Positions 56,762 through 64,000 of a stretch of DNA of 64,000 nucleotides are shown here, piece after piece; positions within the stretch are counted from its first letter, which is position 1; every line of letters begins with the position of its first letter. The notes below the pieces were generated by a model. It was not told where the DNA came from and searched no databases. It was given only the letters and a program-made list of their open reading frames with translations. Position numbers and translations under genes: made by a program. Source of the DNA: a bacterium (lineage in GTDB: Bacteria; Omnitrophota; Gorgyraeia; Duberdicusellales; 4484-171); the NCBI GenBank assembly GCA_021796115.1, contig JAJYOP010000005.1, positions 13,039-77,038 on the forward strand, read 5' to 3'.

Positions 56762-57640
56762 TCATGCCCGGGGATGTGCTTTCGCGTAAACTTTCTTAAG
56801 CCCATCTATAGTAAGATGTGTATACACTTGAGTTGTTGATATACTTGAATGCCCCAGTAATTCCTGTACGCTTCTTAAATCCGCGCCTCTATTCAAAAGG
56901 TGAGTAGCAAACGAATGCCGGAATGTGTGTGGCGATACTTTCAGTGATATTGCCGCCTGTTTTATGTATTTTTCAATAATAACCCGAACGCCCCTGTCTG
57001 TTAATCCTTTGTTCTGCTTGTTTATGAATAGCGATTGGCACTTATCGTTACGCGTATCCAGGTATTTTTTTAAAGCCAATATCGCCGGTTCGCCCAAAGG
57101 AAGAAGCCGTTCTTTCCTGCCCTTACCCATAACCTTTGCTATCCCGCTTATCAAATCAACATCATTTATTTTAAGTGAGACTAATTCGGATACTCGCGCG
57201 CCGGTTGAATATAAGACTTCCAATATTGCTTTATCGCGTAAAGCGAGCAAGCTTTCGGGTTTAGGAAGGCTGATAATATTCAAAACTTCGCTTTCGGTTA
57301 GAAAATTGGGAAGATTTTTTTCAAGGCGCGGATAGATTAATGAAACTGCCGGGTTATTTTTGATCTCCCCCTCCTTTATCATAAATTTAAAAAAGCTTTT
57401 TAAGGTGGAAATCTTGCGCGAAATGCTGCGTTTATTTAGATTTTTCTCAGAAAGCGTTGCTAAAAATTTACGTAATACAAAATAATCTATTTCTTTTATG
57501 TCAATTTGGCCGGCCCGATTGAGGAATGTTTCGAATTCTTTAAGATCAATCTCATAATTAATGCCGGTATACTGCGAGTAGTTTTTTTCAATATTAAGGT
57601 AATTTAGGAATTTTTCTATGTAATACGAAAAAGGAACCAT
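56762..57640 (-). CDS. xerC: Tyrosine recombinase XerC/XerD
   Basis: SAM-like N-domain; catalytic ARVSE, HTFRHSFATHLL, LLGHSSISTTQVYTH. Confidence 0.85.
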   Translation of the reverse strand: MVPFSYYIEKFLNYLNIEKNYSQYTGINYEIDLKEFETFLNRAGQIDIKEIDYFVLRKFLATLSEKNLNKRSISRKISTLKSFFKFMIKEGEIKNNPAVSLIYPRLEKNLPNFLTESEVLNIISLPKPESLLALRDKAILEVLYSTGARVSELVSLKINDVDLISGIAKVMGKGRKERLLPLGEPAILALKKYLDTRNDKCQSLFINKQNKGLTDRGVRVIIEKYIKQAAISLKVSPHTFRHSFATHLLNRGADLRSVQELLGHSSISTTQVYTHLTIDGLKKVYAKAHPRA

Positions 57641-57654
57641 ATCTTGGTTTAATT

Positions 57655-59673
57655 TTAACTATCAGTTTGACTTGGTTGTTGCTCATTATCGATTTCCGGC
57701 CCGTTATTAACATTATTATTTGTATTATTTTGTTCTCCGCCTTCCGGTAAATTTCGGCTTGTGTAACGGCATTCCGGAAATTTTGAACAACCATAAAAAT
57801 GTTGGCCCCGTTTATTACGGCGCTCGATTAATTTTCCAACCTTGCATTGCGGGCAAGTTACCTCGGTGGTAATACTTTCGGCGTAACGGCATTGGGGGAA
57901 TTTCGAACAACTCAAGAAACGTCCTTTTCTCGACCATTTAACAACCAGCGGGCTTTGGCATTGCGGGCAATTTCTTCCGGAAAACTCAACTTCTTTTGTG
58001 ATTAGACTGGTAGCATTGTCGATTTTTTCTTTAAAAGAAGGGAAAAAACCGGAAAGGACACTGTGCCATTCCATTTTTCCTTCCTCGACCTCATCGAGCT
58101 TCTCTTCCATTGAAGCGGTAAAATCTTCATTTATAATTTCGTTGAAATATTTATCCAGAAGGTCGCTTACCTTTATGCCTAAGGCGGTAGGTACGAAATA
58201 TCCTCGCTCCCGGCGCATGTAATTTCTTTTAACCAGCGTATATATAATTGGCGCGTATGTTGATGGCCGGCCGATGCCTTTTTCTTCAAGGATTTTTACC
58301 AAAGACGCATCGTTAAAGCGTGCTGGTGGTTTTGTGGTATGCTCAACCACTTCGCAATCAATAAAGGCAAGTTCCTGGTTTAACGCCAATGGCGGAAGTT
58401 TTATATCTTCATCGTCTCGGCCATAAACTCTAAGGTAACCGTCAAAGACCATACGTTTGGCTTCGGCAATAAATTCCGCAGAGACAGAAGCGATTACTGC
58501 TTTTGTATTTTCGAAAATTGCGGCACGCATACGGGATGCGGTAAATCGTTTCCATACCAGCTCATATAAACGTGCTTCATCTTCGGATAGAAACATGATG
58601 ATTGTTCCTGGTTCACGGATAACACTACTCGGGCGTATCGCTTCATGGGCCAATTGCGCCATCTTTTTTGCTTTATGTTTGTGTTCTTTTTCGGGGATAT
58701 AATTTTCTCCGAAGTTTTTTATGATGAATTCATTAGCTTCTTCCTTTGCGCGGTTACTTATGGCAAAGGAATCGGTACGCATGTAAGTGATAAGGCCGAC
58801 CATAGTTTCGTTAATTTGAATACCTTCATAAAGTTTTTGCGCTATCATCATCGTCCGCTGCGAAGAGAAATGCAGTTTATTAAATGCATCCTGTTGAAGC
58901 AGGGATGTGATAAATGGTGATGGCGGGTTGCGTTTTGATTCTTTTTTTATGATTTCTTTGACCAGAAAAGCCTGTTTTTTGATTTCTTCTTTTATCCGGT
59001 CTGCTTCTTCCCGAGTTTCGAAAATTGCCTTTTTACCGTGATATTTTTCAAGTTTTGCGTTAAAAACTGCATCATTAGCGCGAAATTTTGCTTCGATGGT
59101 ATATGTTTTTTTTGAAATAAAGCTGTTTATTTCTTTCTCGCGGTCAACAATAAATTTTAGCGCTATGGATTGCACCCTTCCCGCCGAAAGGCCGCGCACG
59201 ATTTTTTTCCAAAGAAGCGGTGAAAGGTAATAACCAACAATCCTATCCAATACTCTGCGGGCGGTTTGGGAGTTTATTTTATTGATATCGAATTCTTCAG
59301 GCTTAGCAAAAGCATCTTTCAGCGCTTCTTCGGTTATTTCGTGGAAAATAACGCGTTTAAAAGTATCTGCATCTTCGGCGAGTTTTTCTTTAATGTTCCA
59401 GCCTATCGCTTCTCCTTCCCTGTCAGGGTCGGTTGCGATAAAGACTACTTCTTTTTTCTTTGCGCTTTTTTTGAGTTGTTTTATTATTTTTTCTTTGCCG
59501 GGGATTACTCTGTAATTAGGCTGGAAGTTATTTTCTATGTCTACAGACAGGCGACTCGACGGCAAATCTATTACATGCCCCATCGAAGATGTTACTTCGT
59601 AATCTTTCCCTAAAATGGCATGGATTGTTTTTGCTTTCGTCGGAGATTCGACTATCACAAGATATTTACTCAT
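57655..59673 (-). CDS. topA: DNA topoisomerase I
   Basis: MSKYLVIVESPTKAKTI Toprim N-terminus, Tyr-domain motifs, C-terminal CPxC zinc ribbons. ATG at 59673 is preferred over the TTG at 59688. Confidence 0.95.
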   Translation of the reverse strand: MSKYLVIVESPTKAKTIHAILGKDYEVTSSMGHVIDLPSSRLSVDIENNFQPNYRVIPGKEKIIKQLKKSAKKKEVVFIATDPDREGEAIGWNIKEKLAEDADTFKRVIFHEITEEALKDAFAKPEEFDINKINSQTARRVLDRIVGYYLSPLLWKKIVRGLSAGRVQSIALKFIVDREKEINSFISKKTYTIEAKFRANDAVFNAKLEKYHGKKAIFETREEADRIKEEIKKQAFLVKEIIKKESKRNPPSPFITSLLQQDAFNKLHFSSQRTMMIAQKLYEGIQINETMVGLITYMRTDSFAISNRAKEEANEFIIKNFGENYIPEKEHKHKAKKMAQLAHEAIRPSSVIREPGTIIMFLSEDEARLYELVWKRFTASRMRAAIFENTKAVIASVSAEFIAEAKRMVFDGYLRVYGRDDEDIKLPPLALNQELAFIDCEVVEHTTKPPARFNDASLVKILEEKGIGRPSTYAPIIYTLVKRNYMRRERGYFVPTALGIKVSDLLDKYFNEIINEDFTASMEEKLDEVEEGKMEWHSVLSGFFPSFKEKIDNATSLITKEVEFSGRNCPQCQSPLVVKWSRKGRFLSCSKFPQCRYAESITTEVTCPQCKVGKLIERRNKRGQHFYGCSKFPECRYTSRNLPEGGEQNNTNNNVNNGPEIDNEQQPSQTDS

Positions 59674-59674
59674 C

Positions 59675-60030
59675 TTAACACTTGGCAAAACATGAAGGGG
59701 TGATCTCCCGGATTAACCCATTCAATTGAAGGTTGAGTATTATTTTATTTATAACCGGCTGTGCAAAATTGCTTTTTAGAATTATTTCTTCAAGATGTGT
59801 TCCATCGCTTTCGATCATTTCGAAAACGACCCTTTCCTCACCCTTTAACGTTATTGGGCTCTCTTTTTCGTTGGTTGCTTCAAATTTTATATTTAACTCG
59901 TCTAATATATCGGTAATCGAATCGACTAATTTCGCCCCTTCTTTAATCAAGATGTGCGTACCTTTACTTAACGGCGAATTGACTTTACCGGGGAGCGCAA
60001 ATACTTCCCGGTTCTGACTCACTGCAAATG
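59675..60030 (-). pseudogene. dprA: 3' fragment of dprA (end of the Rossmann domain plus C-terminal winged helix), separated from its 5' part
   Basis: AVSQNREVFALPGKVNSPLSKGTHILIKEGAKLV matches the DprA 'REVFAVPG..G.N.LI..GA' region. Similarity stops at about 60030. Conserved dprA-topA synteny. Confidence 0.7.
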
Positions 60031-61640
60031 AATTCATACGGTTTATCCTGCTCGCCTGCCGGAGAATCAAGAATGGTTATTATATCAACATCACCATTCT
60101 TGTAAACAATTACCTTGTCTAAAGCATCTCTAAGTAATTGCTGTTTCTCTTTTTGGCTAAAATTATCTATATTACCCTTAATGGTCGAAAGGTTGGCTAA
60201 CTTCTGTTCTTTTATGTTACTACCTGCTATCTGTAGTCTTAAACTGTTTATTTCCCCTTGAATACGGGATTTCCTAAACTTTATCTTAGGCATCTGCTTT
60301 TTAAGGTCTTCTTGTGTTAAGTCTCCCATAGAAAAAGCATCCAATAGCCTATCCTCTGCCTTAATTAAACCATCAAGCTGTTTATCTAACTCCTTAAGTC
60401 TATCCGGAATAATCTCTTTCGCTTTGCTTAACTCCTTCTGTTTTATGCGTATAGTCTCATCTAAGGCTTTTTGGGGTTGCTTAACCAAATATTCTATGGC
60501 TTTCCAGACCTTGCTGTCTATCTCTTGCGTTTTTAGATAAGGCAAGGCGCAGTCTTTCTTGACTCTACCATAGCATTTATAATAGCTGGCTGTCTTCCAC
60601 CGTTTAATCAAATAACCCCTCTTGTCCCTTATAAGATTGCCATCCTTATCTTTTTTTTCATAGGCCTTGAAGGTCGCTCCCTGTAACTTGCTTTCGCACT
60701 CCGCACAATACAATAAACCGGATAAAAGATATTCGTTCTTAGTATTCCTATCAGCCCATTTCGCCCTGTTCTTTATGTTATCCTGAGCCGTCTTGAACTC
60801 TTCATATGATATAATCGGCTCCACTGTTTGCTTAATCCATTCGCTTTCCGGTCTTCTGCCTATGGTCTTGCCATTTTTGTGTTCTACCTTGTTATAATTG
60901 TAAACTCCGTAGTATATAGGATTAGTGAGTAATCTCCAAACAACCCCACCTGTCCAAGAGCCTATCTTAAAACCCTTGCCTTTATATGAACCTTTCTTCT
61001 CCGCAAACTCTAAAGGTGTTGGTATTTTATTTCGATTAAGGTATTCTGCAATTGCAACTGTGCCTAAGTTCTGCGCATTGCAAAGTTCAAAGATTTTCTT
61101 TATAACCTCAGCCTCTTCCTGCACAATGCAAAGTTTCTTCGTAGTCTTATCGTATTTGTAGCCAAGCCTAAAATGGTTACCAATATAAACCCCCCTGGTA
61201 ACCGCCTCAAGAGAACCTCGTTTCATACGCTTAAGTAATTTTTTCTTCTCTCTCTTCGCCAAAGCACCAAATAAGTCTGAAAGAAAATCATCCTCATCAT
61301 CACTTAAATCATAGGTCTGATTAGGAGTAGCTATCTTAATCTTATTATCCCTAAAGGTCTTCTTTATGGTAAGCCAATCAAATAAATCCTCATCTCTTGA
61401 AAGACGCTCAAGCTCTATAACAAGACAAACGTCAAACTTCTTTGCCTTTGCGTCCCCTAAAAGCCTCATTATCTGAGGCCGGTTCTCTAAGGTTTCCCCT
61501 GAGCCTGCACCCTCGTTATAAAAAATATAATCCCACTCTTTAGTCTTAGCATACTCAACAAGAATTTTTTCTTGAGCTGGAAGACTAAACTTCTCTCTTT
61601 GTCTCTCTGTAGAAACTCTTATATAGATTGCGCAGGTCAT
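59985..61640 (-). CDS. Large serine recombinase (resolvase catalytic domain, recombinase domain, zinc ribbon, coiled coil)
   Basis: CAIYIRVSTERQ catalytic Ser motif, LERLSRD, CAECESKL..YYKC zinc ribbon, long coiled coil. The 3' end runs across the junction into dprA sequence. Confidence 0.9.
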   Translation of the reverse strand: MTCAIYIRVSTERQREKFSLPAQEKILVEYAKTKEWDYIFYNEGAGSGETLENRPQIMRLLGDAKAKKFDVCLVIELERLSRDEDLFDWLTIKKTFRDNKIKIATPNQTYDLSDDEDDFLSDLFGALAKREKKKLLKRMKRGSLEAVTRGVYIGNHFRLGYKYDKTTKKLCIVQEEAEVIKKIFELCNAQNLGTVAIAEYLNRNKIPTPLEFAEKKGSYKGKGFKIGSWTGGVVWRLLTNPIYYGVYNYNKVEHKNGKTIGRRPESEWIKQTVEPIISYEEFKTAQDNIKNRAKWADRNTKNEYLLSGLLYCAECESKLQGATFKAYEKKDKDGNLIRDKRGYLIKRWKTASYYKCYGRVKKDCALPYLKTQEIDSKVWKAIEYLVKQPQKALDETIRIKQKELSKAKEIIPDRLKELDKQLDGLIKAEDRLLDAFSMGDLTQEDLKKQMPKIKFRKSRIQGEINSLRLQIAGSNIKEQKLANLSTIKGNIDNFSQKEKQQLLRDALDKVIVYKNGDVDIITILDSPAGEQDKPYEFICSESEPGSICAPR

Positions 61641-61647
61641 TTCTTTT

Positions 61648-62517
61648 TTAAGATATTCGCCCATTAAAGAATTTTTCACTCAATTTATTTAAAATATTAT
61701 CTGTTTTTTCTTTCCCGCCACAAAAAGTAGGCTCTCTCGCTATTGTTATGAATGGTGCTCTCTGAATCAACTTATTTAAGAATTTCTTACCAGACCATCC
61801 AGCTGTAGTATGATAATTACTAATTACATCAAATTCATCATGATAAAAACGCTCATCCCAAATATAATGACCTCTCGAACAGTAAAAAGTAAAATAGTCT
61901 AAATCGAAGTCAAGCAAAATAGGCTCTTTATTCATAGTAGCAGTTCTTCCTTTAGAACCTAAATACCAACCTATAATATCTCGAGTCGGTTTAAATAATT
62001 CTTCATGATAGTTATTACCAAGTATTTTTTTAGAATCGAAAACACCCTTTAACATTCCTATATTCTTAAATTGATGCGTCTTCTCATCTACATCCACATA
62101 ACCTTCTTCAATATACTTTTTAAAATCACTATTTGCATTTCCTCCAATCAAAACTGCATCCTTGACAATCGCCAAATCCATCAACACCTTAAGCCAAGTA
62201 TCGTTTGATTTTCTTATCCCGCCATTTTGAGTAATTTCAAAAGCTTCTTCAAAGCTTTTTGTTTTTTTAAGAATTTTGATTGCTGCTTTAAACTTCTCGT
62301 CCCTATCTTCTTTTTGGTCATTTGCATCATGATGCTGGTCAAAATAGACCATATTAAGCGGACACTTTATCATACCAATTGATTTAGCCAGCCATAAAAT
62401 AGGCACAATAAACCTATGGTCATCATAAACAATTACAGATTTGCCATTAAAATCATAATGGCTATAATAATCGCTATTTTTAATGACTGTTAAAAACATA
62501 TCTATTGGTTGACTCAT
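61648..62517 (-). CDS. UPF0489-like protein (arginase/deacetylase-fold family), function unknown
   Basis: VIVYDDHRFIVPILW..MVYFDQHHDAN and ILLDFDLDYFTF resemble UPF0489 signature blocks. ATGA overlap with the upstream HTH gene. Confidence 0.5.
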   Translation of the reverse strand: MSQPIDMFLTVIKNSDYYSHYDFNGKSVIVYDDHRFIVPILWLAKSIGMIKCPLNMVYFDQHHDANDQKEDRDEKFKAAIKILKKTKSFEEAFEITQNGGIRKSNDTWLKVLMDLAIVKDAVLIGGNANSDFKKYIEEGYVDVDEKTHQFKNIGMLKGVFDSKKILGNNYHEELFKPTRDIIGWYLGSKGRTATMNKEPILLDFDLDYFTFYCSRGHYIWDERFYHDEFDVISNYHTTAGWSGKKFLNKLIQRAPFITIAREPTFCGGKEKTDNILNKLSEKFFNGRIS

Positions 62518-62690
62518 CTTCCCGTTATCCTCTTCAACTTCTTTAAATCTTCTTCTGTCCAATATCTATATCCGGACATAGGGTCTCTTTTGGCCTTTGG
62601 GATTTTCTTAGCCTCTTCCCAGAGATATAAGGTTTTTCTGGATATATCTAAGATTTTAATTACTTCGGAAATACGATAGCGTTTTTGCAT
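62514..62690 (-). CDS. MerR/excisionase-type HTH protein (58 aa, absent from the ORF track)
   Basis: Hand translation gives MQKRYRISEVIKILDISRKTLYLWEEAKKIPKAKRDPMSGYRYWTEEDLKKLKRITGR. Confidence 0.6.
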   Translation of the reverse strand: MQKRYRISEVIKILDISRKTLYLWEEAKKIPKAKRDPMSGYRYWTEEDLKKLKRITGR

Positions 62691-62692
62691 AT

Positions 62693-63922
62693 TTATTTTT
62701 CTCTCCCAGAAGCTTTTTTAAGTTTTTCAATAAATTCAGAGTCAACCTTATACCCTAAGCTCTCAGCTTTATGCATATCATCCCAAGATTTATTGTAGTC
62801 TTTATTATAGAAATATGCGGCCCCTCTGTTATAGTAAACGCCGCCATTGTTAGGATTAAGCTCTATTGCCTTATCGCACTCGATAATAGCCTGGTCGTAT
62901 CTACCTGTATTAAGATAAGCATAACTTAACCCAGCATAAGCATCTGTATATTTAGGATTTATTTCAATGGCTTTGATAAAATCAGAAATAGCTTGGTCAT
63001 AGTTGTTCTTATCATTATAAGCGTTTCCTCTGCTATAGTAAGCAACACCATTGTTAGGATTAATTTCTATTGCCTTGTTGTAATCTAAAATGGCTTGGTA
63101 GTCGTTGCCTTTACGCTTATAAGTAAATCCTCGGAGCAAGTAAGCGGCGTCGTTATTAGTATTAATTTCTATCGCCTGGTTGTAATATATGATAGCTAAA
63201 TCATAGTATCCTTTGGCAGAAGAATCGTAGCCTTTTTGCAATAGGTCTTTATAGTGGTCTACATTTGAGAAGTTATTTTGCTGCTCGTTAGCTATGCCAT
63301 TATGTTGAACCTCTATTGATTTAGAATAATAAGCAGAATGAAAAACAAGCCAAACTAACCATGCGATAAAAATAAAACCAAGAACTAAACGCATAGAACC
63401 TAAAATCTTTTGTTTATTTTCTATTCCTTTCTCTAAAACTTTATTTAACAGATAAATGGCGGCAAGAACGAAAGCTATCCCGCGCAAGGCTGGGAATACC
63501 ATTATTCCTATAATGCCTAAAGTCCACCATAAAGCAGTATTATTTTTCTTCTCTTGAGTTGTAGACGTTGAGCTCTTTCGCTGTGAATCACTTTGTTTAT
63601 ACTTATTATTATTTTCAGAACTATAACTTTCTTGATGAGCTTTGCTTTCGTTTTGAGAATAATCATATTTTTGATAAGTATTGTAAGTATTAGAATATCC
63701 TTGGGAATAATCATACTGTCTTCTTTTATAAGGGTCGCTTAACACCTCATAAGCTTCGGAAATCTCCTTAAACTTTTCCTCTGCCAAATCAGATAAAGGA
63801 TTATTGGGATGTTTGTCTGGATGGTATTTCAAGGCTAATTTTCGGTAAACTCTCTTTATTTCTTCTTCTGTAGCTGTCTTAGAAACACCTAAAATTTTAT
63901 AGTAATCTTTTTTTATAGCCAT
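62693..63922 (-). CDS. J-domain protein with two TM helices and C-terminal TPR repeats
   Basis: [20 protein letters not shown] (HPD motif). A low-complexity linker and hydrophobic segments. At least four AIEINPNN-type TPR repeats. Confidence 0.8.
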   Translation of the reverse strand: MAIKKDYYKILGVSKTATEEEIKRVYRKLALKYHPDKHPNNPLSDLAEEKFKEISEAYEVLSDPYKRRQYDYSQGYSNTYNTYQKYDYSQNESKAHQESYSSENNNKYKQSDSQRKSSTSTTQEKKNNTALWWTLGIIGIMVFPALRGIAFVLAAIYLLNKVLEKGIENKQKILGSMRLVLGFIFIAWLVWLVFHSAYYSKSIEVQHNGIANEQQNNFSNVDHYKDLLQKGYDSSAKGYYDLAIIYYNQAIEINTNNDAAYLLRGFTYKRKGNDYQAILDYNKAIEINPNNGVAYYSRGNAYNDKNNYDQAISDFIKAIEINPKYTDAYAGLSYAYLNTGRYDQAIIECDKAIELNPNNGGVYYNRGAAYFYNKDYNKSWDDMHKAESLGYKVDSEFIEKLKKASGREK

Positions 63923-64000
63923 ACTTGATTCCCGCCAAGATGATGAAACTAGTCATTTTTCTTTGTAAAAGTTATCATAACACAATCTTTTCCATTTATT

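Larger units (their letters stand above)
60030..64000. mobile_element. Integrated element (prophage or integrative island) inserted in dprA; only one end is in the window
   Basis: dprA is truncated at about 60030. An LSR gene sits at the junction, followed by a co-directional, tightly packed HTH, UPF0489-like and J-domain/TPR gene set. Confidence 0.6.

Overview
AT-rich bacterial chromosome segment with very high coding density. It comes from a diderm organism: a lipid A, Kdo and heptose LPS-core gene set is present. A PVC-type 'small basic protein' and the general gene content suggest an uncultivated anaerobe such as Omnitrophota, but that is low-confidence inference. Positions 1-18.6 kb on the + strand are housekeeping: accBC, Asp23/AmaP, a PfkA-family kinase with a PPi-type signature, gmhA/rfaE2, thiC, tRNA-Gly, M23 peptidase, HIT, dGTPase-like, HD-GYP, SPOR, M50 protease, aroB, two PilZ proteins and a radical-SAM protein. 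Positions 18.6-22.3 kb are a poorly conserved minus-strand block that includes a zf-HC2 anti-sigma protein and a STAS-PilZ fusion. Then come rpsU, tRNA-Arg, apt, a sigma70-family factor, ppdK and glyQS. Positions 28.5-29.7 kb hold an N-terminally truncated secretin-TonB_C gene with its own promoter, next to a 110-bp GC-rich structured island. Positions 30.8-44.1 kb form one long minus-strand operon for an Mrp-linked group-4 [NiFe]-hydrogenase. Upstream it carries HydB/HydG (AsrA/AsrB)-like NAD(P)H/FeS subunits, and downstream a HAD-HycI protease fusion. Inside this operon, two paralogous 111-nt intercistronic cassettes each preserve a 36-codon sORF that abuts the flanking genes. Each cassette also contains alternative helices that can sequester the next gene's Shine-Dalgarno sequence. 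Positions 44.2-56.7 kb encode a REC / degenerate-GGDEF / MshEN-like regulator and an LPS cluster (three GT9, CE4, GT4, a GT4-GT9 fusion, an LpxL-ELM1 fusion, lpxK, waaA). Positions 56.8-60 kb hold xerC, topA and only the 3' part of dprA. dprA is interrupted at about 60.03 kb by an integrated element running to the window edge, carrying a large serine recombinase, a UPF0489-like protein, a MerR/excisionase HTH and a J-domain/TPR protein. No CRISPR array, rRNA or IS transposase was seen. All family assignments come from motif reading by eye; no database search was run.
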